From Candidatus Hydrothermales bacterium (GTDB lineage: Bacteria; Hydrothermota; Hydrothermia; Hydrothermales; JAJRUZ01): 25,192 bases of DNA. The notes beneath the pieces are model-generated. The model made no database searches and was not told the origin of the DNA. It saw only the letters and a program-made list of their open reading frames with translations. The stretch spans positions 1-25,192 of the forward strand of contig JBCNUW010000024.1 of assembly GCA_039630575.1 (NCBI GenBank). The letters run 5' to 3'. The position numbers were made by a program, and so were the translations under genes. Every line of letters starts with the position of its first letter. The first letter of the stretch is position 1. Shown in pieces: positions 16,897-24,718 of this stretch.

Positions 16897-18795
16897 GTGA
16901 AAGAGAAAATTTTTAAAAAAGAAGAAATAGTTAAAAATAAAGGAAAAGAGATAAAAGAACTTTTAAATGATGATAATTTATTTCTTGTAGCTTTAGTTGA
17001 TGGAAAGCCAAAAGATTTGACCTACAAAATAAAGGGCAGTGAGGAAGAGATAAGATTGTTAGACTTTGATCATCCCCTTGGTAGGGAAACTTTCTGGCAT
17101 ACTTCATCTCATGTAATGGCTCATGCAGTAAAGGAACTTTTTCCTTTTGCAAAGCTTACTATAGGACCACCTATAGAAAGTGGTTTTCATTACGATTTTT
17201 ATATGGGTGAAAAAACCTTTACTCCTTCAGATCTTGAGAGAATTGAAGAAAAAGCAAAGGAAATAATTAAAAGAGATTTAGAAATAAAAAGGATAGAAAT
17301 AAAAAAAGAAAAAGCAATAGAAATTTTTAATGAAAGAAAAGAGGATTTTAAGGTTGAACTTTTGAAAGAAATAGAAGATGAATATGTAAGTTGTTATGAG
17401 CAGGGAGATTTTATTGATCTTTGCACCGGACCTCATCTTATAAGAACGGGTCTGATAGGGGCATTTAAAATTATTTCATCATCATCCTCTTATTGGAGAA
17501 AAGATGAAAAGGGACCTGTGCTTCAAAGAATATATGGAATAGCATTTCCAAATGAAAATGATTTAAAAAGTTATTTGGAAAAGTTAGAGGAAGCAAAAAA
17601 AAGAGACCACAGGAAACTCGGAAAGGAACTTTCCTTATTTCAACTTTCTGAAGATGTAGGGTCAGGTTTAATTTTATGGCTACCAAAAGGTGCTTTTATA
17701 AGAAGAGAGATAGAGAATTTTTTATACCAGGAACATGTTAAAAGGGGTTATCAACCTGTTTATACACCTCATGTTGGTAAAAAAAGATTATGGGAGACTT
17801 CTGGGCATCTTGAGTTTTATAGAGAGAACATGTATCCTGAGATGACTTTAGAGGATGGTGAGGGCTATTTTATAAAACCCATGAATTGTCCTTTTCACAT
17901 TCAGGTTTACAAAAATGAGCTTAGAAGTTTTAGAGATTTACCCCTTAGATTTTTTGAATTTGGAACAGTTTATCGTTTTGAGAGAAGTGGAGTTTTGCAT
18001 GGATTGACAAGGGTTAGAGGATTTACCCAGGATGATGCTCATATTTTCTGTACTCCTGAGCAGGTTGAAAAAGAAATAAAGGGTGTTATAGATTTTGCTC
18101 TTTTTGTTCTTTCTAAGTTTGGTTTTAAAAATTATAGAGTTTTTGTATCTACAAGACCTAAAGATTTTGTTGGAACAGAAGAGATGTGGGAAAAGGCAAC
18201 AGGTTCACTTATTTTAGCGGCAAAGGATTGTTCTTTAAATTTTGAAATTGCAGAAGGTGAAGGTGCCTTTTATGGTCCTAAAATAGATATCTTGATAAAA
18301 GATGCAATTGGGAGAGAATGGCAATGCACTACTATTCAGTTTGATTTTAATTTACCTGAAAGGTTTGGAATAACTTTTAGGGATAGTGATGGAAAGGAAA
18401 AAAAACCTTATATGATACATAGGGCTCTTTTAGGTTCAATGGAGAGGTTTTTTGGAATTTTAATTGAACATTATAGTGGTGATTTTCCAATTTGGCTTTT
18501 ACCTGAACAGATAAGGATTTTACCATTAAGTGATAAATTTTTTAAATATGCAGAAAATGTGAGAGAATTTGTAAACAAGAGTGGGTTAAGGTGTAAAATA
18601 GATTATGATAATGAAACTCTTAGTTATAAAATTAGAAAAGCAGAGCTTGAAAAAATACCATATATTATTATTGTTGGAAAGAAAGAAGAGGAGCAGAACT
18701 CTGTTTCAGTTAGGAAACATAAGGAAGGTGATTTGGGTTCAATGACCGTAGAGGAATTAGTAAATAAAATAAAAAAGGAAATTGATATCAATTAG
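16897..18795 (+). CDS. thrS: Threonine--tRNA ligase
   Basis: HTSSHVMAHAV, DLCTGPH, RDHRKLG, KPMNCP, RVRGFTQDDAH and HRALLGS motifs. GTG start. Confidence 0.98.
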   Translation: MKEKIFKKEEIVKNKGKEIKELLNDDNLFLVALVDGKPKDLTYKIKGSEEEIRLLDFDHPLGRETFWHTSSHVMAHAVKELFPFAKLTIGPPIESGFHYDFYMGEKTFTPSDLERIEEKAKEIIKRDLEIKRIEIKKEKAIEIFNERKEDFKVELLKEIEDEYVSCYEQGDFIDLCTGPHLIRTGLIGAFKIISSSSSYWRKDEKGPVLQRIYGIAFPNENDLKSYLEKLEEAKKRDHRKLGKELSLFQLSEDVGSGLILWLPKGAFIRREIENFLYQEHVKRGYQPVYTPHVGKKRLWETSGHLEFYRENMYPEMTLEDGEGYFIKPMNCPFHIQVYKNELRSFRDLPLRFFEFGTVYRFERSGVLHGLTRVRGFTQDDAHIFCTPEQVEKEIKGVIDFALFVLSKFGFKNYRVFVSTRPKDFVGTEEMWEKATGSLILAAKDCSLNFEIAEGEGAFYGPKIDILIKDAIGREWQCTTIQFDFNLPERFGITFRDSDGKEKKPYMIHRALLGSMERFFGILIEHYSGDFPIWLLPEQIRILPLSDKFFKYAENVREFVNKSGLRCKIDYDNETLSYKIRKAELEKIPYIIIVGKKEEEQNSVSVRKHKEGDLGSMTVEELVNKIKKEIDIN

Positions 18796-18856
18796 GTTCC
18801 ATATCCCCTATTTTTTATATTTTATCTTTTGATTAAATTCAAGAAATTTTTCATTA

Positions 18857-18867
18857 GGTTCAATTCC
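18857..18867 (+). promoter_or_regulatory. T-loop-like hairpin GGTTCAATTCC in the infC leader
   Basis: Reads ATTA-GG-TTCAATT-CC-AAT, 22 nt before the ATG, with no SD. Confidence 0.65.
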
Positions 18868-18889
18868 AATAAAAAAATTCGAATTATTT

Positions 18890-19438
18890 ATGGGAAGAAA
18901 ATGGTATCCAAGAGGTCCAGTTGCAAGGGATAAAGAGCCCTATCGTGTTAATGAAAACATAAAAGCAAAAGAAGTAAAAGTGGTAGATGAGAATAATAAA
19001 TTTTTGGGCGTGATGCCTTTGAAGGAAGCTCTTGAGCTTGCCTATGATAGAGGTTATGATCTTGTTGAAATAGTCCCGACCGATAATCCACCCCTTTGCA
19101 AAATTCTTGATTATGGAAAATTTAAATATGAAATGAAAAAAAAGAAAAAACATACTAAAACTGCTGAGGAAAAGGAAATATCCTTTAGACCCTCTACAAG
19201 TGAACATGATCTTGAATTAAAAATTAAAAAATTAAATGAATTTATTAAAGGTGGACATAAAGTAAGAGTTAGACTTTTTTTTAGAGGAAGAGAAGTAATT
19301 TTTATTGATACACAAGGAAGAGAGATAATGGAAAAGTTTATTGATAAAGTTAAAGAATTTGCTGAACCAGAAGGTGAAATTAAAAAGGCCGGAGATAAAC
19401 AACTTTTTGTTATAATGAAACCAAAAAAGAAAAAGTAA
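18890..19438 (+). CDS. infC: Translation initiation factor IF-3
   Basis: RVNENI, DLVEI.P...PPLCKILDYGKFKYE, KEI.FRP and FFRGRE motifs. Follows thrS. Confidence 0.96.
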   Translation: MGRKWYPRGPVARDKEPYRVNENIKAKEVKVVDENNKFLGVMPLKEALELAYDRGYDLVEIVPTDNPPLCKILDYGKFKYEMKKKKKHTKTAEEKEISFRPSTSEHDLELKIKKLNEFIKGGHKVRVRLFFRGREVIFIDTQGREIMEKFIDKVKEFAEPEGEIKKAGDKQLFVIMKPKKKK

Positions 19439-19941
19439 TGAGAAATTATCTTTTGAAATTTGTGAAACTTTTTTCTTTTTTTGAAAGATACGGAGTGATC
19501 TATGCTATTTTTGGTGATTCTGCAATGTACATCTGGGGTATAAGGAAGAAGTTGAGGTATATAGAAATAATTATTGATTTTGATGAAGAAAATATAAAAA
19601 GATTTTTAAAGCTTATGCTTAACATGGGTATGAAAATAAAGGGCAACATAAAGTATAAGTTTTTACCAGATATTCTTAAAAAGAGAGATAAAATAGAAGT
19701 GGATTATCTTATATTTTATCATAGAAGAATTTTACCATGGAGAATTAAGTTATTTTTGAAAGAAAATTTGTGTAGGTATAAAGTTGTAGAAAAAAAATTA
19801 GAGGATACAAAGATTTATGTATTGTCCTCTGAAGATGTTTTTAATTTAAAGATGAGGGATATAAATTTAAGATCTCTTCAAGATATACATTTTCTTAGGG
19901 CAAAGCTTAAAGATGTTTTTGAGAGGGCTTTTTCAAAGTAA
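19438..19941 (+). CDS. Degenerate nucleotidyltransferase-fold protein (DUF6036/MNT-like)
   Basis: YAIFGDSAMYIWG resembles the GG.A...hG motif, and LSSEDVFNLK...LQDIHFL resembles the EDL..hK...DL.Dh helix. The DxD position reads YIE. Coupled to infC by TAATG. Confidence 0.55.
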   Translation: MRNYLLKFVKLFSFFERYGVIYAIFGDSAMYIWGIRKKLRYIEIIIDFDEENIKRFLKLMLNMGMKIKGNIKYKFLPDILKKRDKIEVDYLIFYHRRILPWRIKLFLKENLCRYKVVEKKLEDTKIYVLSSEDVFNLKMRDINLRSLQDIHFLRAKLKDVFERAFSK

Positions 19942-21330
19942 TTTGCTAAAAAATTTTTTATAAAGTTCCTTAAAGGATTTGTTTGTAAAAAGATTTCTAT
20001 TTAAAACTTTTGCAAAATCTTTGATATTTTCGTAAAGAGAAAATCCTATTTTAGGATTTCCAAAGGGATAGATAGATTTGTTAGAAAGTAAAGGATCTTC
20101 TCTTCTATCAAAATAATTATTAAAAGGTAATGGTGAAAATTGAGCTGGATAAATTTTTACCTTATTTACGAAAAGATACTCATAAGTTTTCATTATTTCA
20201 TCTATATCGTCATCTATGGTTCCAATTAACACGTAGGCACCTAACTCTTGGCTAAAACCAGCTTTTTTAAGATTTTTTATAGCATTATCAAAGTCTTTAA
20301 TTTTAAGTTTTTCTGACCAACTTTTTTTTAATTTTTCTTCATTTATTGTTTCGAGTCCTATTCTTATTGTTTTAAAATTAGCCTTTTTTAAAAGATTAGC
20401 CATTTCCTGGTCAATGTAACGCGCATGAATGGCATTTGGGGTATGAACCCTTATATTTAATTTTTTTTCAATAAATTTTTTTAAAAATTCTTTAAATTTT
20501 TCCTTTGGGTACAAAAGGGCATCGTCGTAAAAGGCAAGATCTTTTGCTTCCTTTAATCTATGAATTTTTTCTATTTCCTCAATTACGCTTTCATCTTTTA
20601 ATGAAATAAACTCCGGAAATAAAATATTAGAAGCACAATAAACGCATTTAAATGGACAGCCTAAAGATCTTATGACTGCAAAGTGTTTTAAAATCGGATA
20701 CTCAAGGTAAAACTCAAAAGAAACTGCTTTACCGTTTAAGTATTTTTCTTTATCAATTTTTTTACAAGTTAATCTCTCAATTTTTTCTAAAATATTTGTT
20801 ATATTTATATCTGGAATAAGAAAAAGATCATTAAAATTTTTCTCAGCATGTTCCTTACAAAAAAACACATATCTACCTCCCAGTACATATATAGAATTAG
20901 GATAAAAATCTTTTAAAAAGTCAACTGTCTTTCTTATTCCAGGATACCAATAGGTCATTCCACTTGTTATAAAAATAAAATCAAAACCTTTTTGTTTTTT
21001 TAAATAATCCTTTAAATTTTCTTCATTCCAACCATAAATTTTATACTTCCTTTTTATGTTCTCATAAATTTTTGGTTTAACTATCTCTCTTGATGGAAAT
21101 TTTCCAGTTGAAAAACTTCTGTCCCTTATTTCTTTTAGCTCTTTTTTACTCAGTTTCTCTACGAAATGGGGATTGTGTCTGTCCATAAAATCAACTAAAA
21201 AAACTTCAAAACCCTCTCTCTTTAGAATACTTCCTAAAATTAAAAGACCAAGAGGTTTTATCCAAAAATCATATAGTGAAAAATCTGTTACCCATGGATT
21301 TACTAACAGAACTTTTACTTTATTATTCAC
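19933..21330 (-). CDS. Cobalamin-binding-domain radical SAM protein
   Basis: LLVNPW..DFSLYDFWIKPLGL, TSGMTYWYPG and LGG.Y (B12-binding region), plus GCPFKCVYC, FYDDAL, TPNAIH and IGLET. GTG start. Confidence 0.88.
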   Translation of the reverse strand: MNNKVKVLLVNPWVTDFSLYDFWIKPLGLLILGSILKREGFEVFLVDFMDRHNPHFVEKLSKKELKEIRDRSFSTGKFPSREIVKPKIYENIKRKYKIYGWNEENLKDYLKKQKGFDFIFITSGMTYWYPGIRKTVDFLKDFYPNSIYVLGGRYVFFCKEHAEKNFNDLFLIPDINITNILEKIERLTCKKIDKEKYLNGKAVSFEFYLEYPILKHFAVIRSLGCPFKCVYCASNILFPEFISLKDESVIEEIEKIHRLKEAKDLAFYDDALLYPKEKFKEFLKKFIEKKLNIRVHTPNAIHARYIDQEMANLLKKANFKTIRIGLETINEEKLKKSWSEKLKIKDFDNAIKNLKKAGFSQELGAYVLIGTIDDDIDEIMKTYEYLFVNKVKIYPAQFSPLPFNNYFDRREDPLLSNKSIYPFGNPKIGFSLYENIKDFAKVLNRNLFTNKSFKELYKKFFSKLL

Positions 21331-21360
21331 TTTTCTTAAAATTATATTCTAAATTTATTA

Positions 21361-21373
21361 GAGTTCAAATCTC
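21361..21373 (+). promoter_or_regulatory. T-loop-like hairpin GAGTTCAAATCTC in the TolB-like gene leader
   Basis: Reads TTA-GAG-TTCAAAT-CTC-AA. The stem differs from the other copies but keeps pairing. The loop-closing C is 22 nt before ATG 21393. Confidence 0.6.
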
Positions 21374-21392
21374 AACAGAAATGATTGAGAAT

Positions 21393-22466
21393 ATGTTAGC
21401 ATTTCTATGTTCTTTTCTTATAAATTTACAATTTAAGTCAATTCACCAGTATGAGTTTGAAAAATACAGGTATATCTTTGAAGGTGAAGAAAAATACTTT
21501 GAATATGTTGAGAAGTTGACCTCAGGAGGTGATAACGCAGAAGCTTATTTTTCCTTTGATGGTACAAAGTTAGTATTTCAGAGATCTGACTATGAAAAAT
21601 TTATGTGTGATCAGATTTTTATTTATGATTTAAAAAAGAAAAAATATTTTTTAACTTCAACTGGGAAAGGTAGAACAACCTGTGGTTATTTTATGCCTGA
21701 TAATAAAAAAATTGTTTACTCATCAACACATCATCTTTCGCCTTTTTGTCCTGAGGTTCCAAAATTAGAATTAAAAAGATACTATTGGCCAATTTTCCCC
21801 TATGATATATTTCTTTATGATCTTGAGAGTAAAAAATTGGAAGCTCTGACTTTTAATCCACTTTATGATGCAGAAGCCACTGTAAATAAAAAGGGTGAAA
21901 TAGTTTTCACCTCTTTTAGAGACGGAGATATTGGTGTTTATCTTTTGGATTCAAAAACAAAGGAAGTAAAGAAAGTTATAAATTTTTATGGTTATGAAGG
22001 GGGTCCATTTTTTATGCCTGACAATGAATATATAGTTTATAGAGCCTTTTATCCAGAAAATGAAGAAGAGTTTAAAAGTTATAAAGAACTCCTTGAAAAA
22101 AAGGTTGTAGCACCACTTAGACTTGAGATTTACCTTGCTAAAAAGGATGGGACAGAGATTAAAAAAATAACAAATTTTGGTAAAATCTCCTTTGCTCCTT
22201 TTCCTCATCCAAACGGTAAATATATAATTTTTTCCGCCAACCTGGATGTACAAAAACCTCATAACTTTGATCTTTATATAATAAAAACTGATGGTACAAA
22301 CCTTGAAAGGATCACTTTCTTTGATGGTTTTGACTGTTTTCCAATGTTTTCTTGGGATGGAAAATATCTTGTTTTTTCATCAAACAGAGTAGGAGAGAAA
22401 GAGAAAGAAACTAACATATTCCTTGCAAAGTTAAGTGAAGATTTTATAAGAAAACTTGAAGAATAA
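21393..22466 (+). CDS. TolB-like PD40-repeat beta-propeller protein
   Basis: NAEAYFSFDG, CDQIF, STGKGRTTC.YF, YDAEAT, GYEGGPFF, SFAPF.HP.G and FDCFPMFS.DG repeats. The ORF-track start at 21276 overlaps the divergent gene, so ATG 21393 (or 21381) is preferred. Confidence 0.85.
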   Translation: MLAFLCSFLINLQFKSIHQYEFEKYRYIFEGEEKYFEYVEKLTSGGDNAEAYFSFDGTKLVFQRSDYEKFMCDQIFIYDLKKKKYFLTSTGKGRTTCGYFMPDNKKIVYSSTHHLSPFCPEVPKLELKRYYWPIFPYDIFLYDLESKKLEALTFNPLYDAEATVNKKGEIVFTSFRDGDIGVYLLDSKTKEVKKVINFYGYEGGPFFMPDNEYIVYRAFYPENEEEFKSYKELLEKKVVAPLRLEIYLAKKDGTEIKKITNFGKISFAPFPHPNGKYIIFSANLDVQKPHNFDLYIIKTDGTNLERITFFDGFDCFPMFSWDGKYLVFSSNRVGEKEKETNIFLAKLSEDFIRKLEE

Positions 22467-23133
22467 AGTTCTCTGTATAATACCAGCGAGAAAAGGATCA
22501 AAGAGGTTAAAAGATAAAAATATTCAACCTCTTTTAGGGAAACCCTTAATTTTATACACCATAGATGAAGCTTTGAAGACGAAAATTTTTGATAGAATAG
22601 TTGTAACTACCGATTCCGATAAAATTAAAAGTTTAGCCTTAAGTAAAGGTGTAGAGGTTATTGATAGACCAAAGAAGTTAAGTGGTGATAAGGCGAAGAT
22701 AGAAAGTGCTGTTTTTCATGTTTTGGGGAAAGTTGGTAAAGATTTTGATTTTATTGTTTTGTTGCAACCTACTTCGCCTTTAAGGGAAAGTGTTGATATA
22801 GTGAGGGCTTTTAATAAAATATTAAGAAAAAAGGCAGATTTTCTTGTGAGTGTAACTGATTTTGTAAAACCTTTGAAGTGGTTACTTTCAAGAAAAGGTT
22901 TTTATTTTAGTTTTTATTTTCATAAGGGTTTTAGAAAAAAGTTATTTTTGCCAAACGGTGCAATTTTTATAGCAAAATTAAAGGCTTTTTTAAAAGAGAA
23001 AACCTTTTATGGTAAAAGACTTATAACATATTATATGCCAAGAGAAAAATCTGTTGATATAGATACTGTTTATGATTTAAAATATGCTGAATTGATTTTA
23101 AAAATAAAAAATGAGTTTAAAAAGCCTAACTGA
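22456..23133 (+). CDS. neuA: Acylneuraminate (nonulosonate) cytidylyltransferase
   Basis: IIPARKGSKRLKDKNI, LQPTSPLR, NGAIF and SVDIDT..D motifs. TTG start. Confidence 0.93.
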   Translation: MKNKVLCIIPARKGSKRLKDKNIQPLLGKPLILYTIDEALKTKIFDRIVVTTDSDKIKSLALSKGVEVIDRPKKLSGDKAKIESAVFHVLGKVGKDFDFIVLLQPTSPLRESVDIVRAFNKILRKKADFLVSVTDFVKPLKWLLSRKGFYFSFYFHKGFRKKLFLPNGAIFIAKLKAFLKEKTFYGKRLITYYMPREKSVDIDTVYDLKYAELILKIKNEFKKPN

Positions 23134-24142
23134 AAACAAGGTTTTTTTAGTAGCTGAGGCTGGTGATAATCATAATGGTTCTGTTGAAATTGCAATATAC
23201 CTTTGTGATCTTGCAAAAAAAGCAGGTTGTGATGCTGTTAAATTTCAAACTTTCGTAACTGAGGAAGTTATATTAGAAGGAACTGAGAAGGCATCGTATC
23301 AGATAGGCAGAGATGAATCAAAAGATATGTTTGAAATGGTTAAGAAACTTGAACTTACTTTTGATGACTTTAAAAAAATAAAAAAATACTGTGATAAAAT
23401 AGGAATAATTTTTTTTTCAACACCTTATGATATAAAGTCAGCTGAATTTTTAAATGAAATAGGTGTTCCTTTTTTCAAGATAAGTTCAACTGATTTAGAT
23501 AACTTTTTTTTGCTTGAAAAGGTTGCAGAATTTAAAAAACCGATAATAATTTCAACTGGAATGTCAGATCTATCTGAGGTAAAAAAGACTTATGATTTTT
23601 TGAGAAAGAAAAAAGTAGAGGAAATTGCAATTCTACAATGCACTTCTAATTATCCTGCACCCTTTGAGGAACTTAATTTAAAAGTTATTGAAACATACAA
23701 AAAGGAATTTCCTGAAGCCATAGTAGGTTTTTCAGATCACTCAGAGGGTCTTCTTGCAGGTTCAATAGCTCTATCTCTTGGTGCAAGAATTTTAGAGAAA
23801 CATTTTACTTTATGGAAGGGTCTTCCAGGTCCTGATCATAAGGCTTCATTGTCTCCTGAGGAGCTTTTTGAATGGGTAAAAAATATAAGACTCGTAGAGA
23901 GAATGCTTGGTGATGGTATAAAAAAAATAACAGAAAGTGAAAAGGAGATAAAAAAAGTTGCAAGGAGATCTATATATTTAAAAAGAGATAAAAAAAAGGG
24001 AGAAATTATTACAAAGGAAGATATTACTGTTTTAAGACCAGTTAAAGGTATAACCCCTGATAGGATTTATGAAGTTATAGGCAAAAAGCTAAGGAAAGAT
24101 AAAAAGAGATTTGAACCAATTTATGAAGAAGATATTGAATAG
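23111..24142 (+). CDS. neuB: N-acetylneuraminate/nonulosonate synthase with C-terminal SAF domain
   Basis: AEAG.NHNG, AVKFQT, IISTGM, CTSNYP, GFSDH, EKHFTL, PDHKASL and RRS...RP..GI motifs. Confidence 0.95.
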   Translation: MSLKSLTENKVFLVAEAGDNHNGSVEIAIYLCDLAKKAGCDAVKFQTFVTEEVILEGTEKASYQIGRDESKDMFEMVKKLELTFDDFKKIKKYCDKIGIIFFSTPYDIKSAEFLNEIGVPFFKISSTDLDNFFLLEKVAEFKKPIIISTGMSDLSEVKKTYDFLRKKKVEEIAILQCTSNYPAPFEELNLKVIETYKKEFPEAIVGFSDHSEGLLAGSIALSLGARILEKHFTLWKGLPGPDHKASLSPEELFEWVKNIRLVERMLGDGIKKITESEKEIKKVARRSIYLKRDKKKGEIITKEDITVLRPVKGITPDRIYEVIGKKLRKDKKRFEPIYEEDIE

Positions 24143-24224
24143 TTTTTATTTTGTTTAAAAGAGTAGTATTCACCATCAATTTCCAAAGTATAGAGTAACG
24201 CAATGTGGGAGCCATTGCCAATTT

Positions 24225-24412
24225 TTAACTCATGTTTGCCAACTTAACTTAAAAAATCTTTGAATATCAGTCATTTTCATCTTGTCCCTACTTAAAAATA
24301 TTTTCCTTTTTATATCTTCTTTTTAAAAATTAAAAATTATTGAAAATCAATTGATTTTTAAAATAATAAAAAGCCCAAAATTTTTAAGGTAAAAATGGCA
24401 AACATGGGTTAA
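24225..24412. repeat. 17-bp inverted repeat pair (16/17 identical)
   Basis: TTAACTCATGTTTGCCA (24225-24241) is the reverse complement of TGGCAAACATGGGTTAA (24396-24412) with one mismatch. Confidence 0.7.
24343..24358. promoter_or_regulatory. Perfect 16-bp palindrome, possible operator
   Basis: AAAATCAATTGATTTT in the long intergenic region. It is AT-rich, so chance cannot be excluded. Confidence 0.35.
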
Positions 24413-24718
24413 CTTTTGAAATTGAAAGCTGTTAAAAATTAAATTTTTGGTCTAAAAAACGGCAAATATAGTTAGAAAATCCATTCCAAGGTGTTGCTGT
24501 TAAGATATTAGAGAAGTGCTCAGGATAAAGAGTTCCTCAACAATTTCTTTGTCCTCTGAAATTATAGTGCCATGCCCAAAAATTTTATTTTCAAAAATTA
24601 TTGTAAATTAAGCATTTTAAAAAAATAAGTGTAAAAAATGGGTAATAACTTTTATCAGTCTAAAACGTTACGGAATTATACAGAGACTTGATTTTTTCAA
24701 TCCTGTATCATTATATAA

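Noticed and set aside
18793..18816. TAGGTTCCATATCCCCTA followed by a T-run after thrS, as a terminator or extra T-loop
   Set aside because: Only a 4-bp stem, and the loop does not fit the 7-nt consensus. Too weak to call.
21276..21392. ORF-track N-terminal extension of the TolB-like gene
   Set aside because: It overlaps the start of the divergent radical SAM gene and covers the likely promoter and leader. ATG 21393 or 21381 is more plausible.
356..22501. Short antisense ORFs (356-577, 1405-1680, 2392-2622, 4209-4493, 7473-7724, 12469-12807, 13143-13346, 13602-13955, 16931-17152, 17471-17686, 18884-19207, 21951-22262, 22274-22501)
   Set aside because: All lie opposite well-supported genes, show biased shadow-frame composition and carry no recognisable motifs.
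24107..24117. Sixth GTTCAAATC match (minus strand GGTTCAAATCT)
   Set aside because: Antisense within the neuB coding end, with no minus-strand gene downstream. About one chance hit is expected in a window this size.
24638..24691. 17-codon ORF MGNNFYQSKTLRNYTET upstream of the PQQ-like gene
   Set aside because: No SD, no attenuator structure and no informative codon bias.
24143..24718. CRISPR array or replication origin in the spacer
   Set aside because: The repeats are neither identical nor regularly spaced, there are no cas genes, and I saw no cluster of TTATCCACA DnaA boxes.
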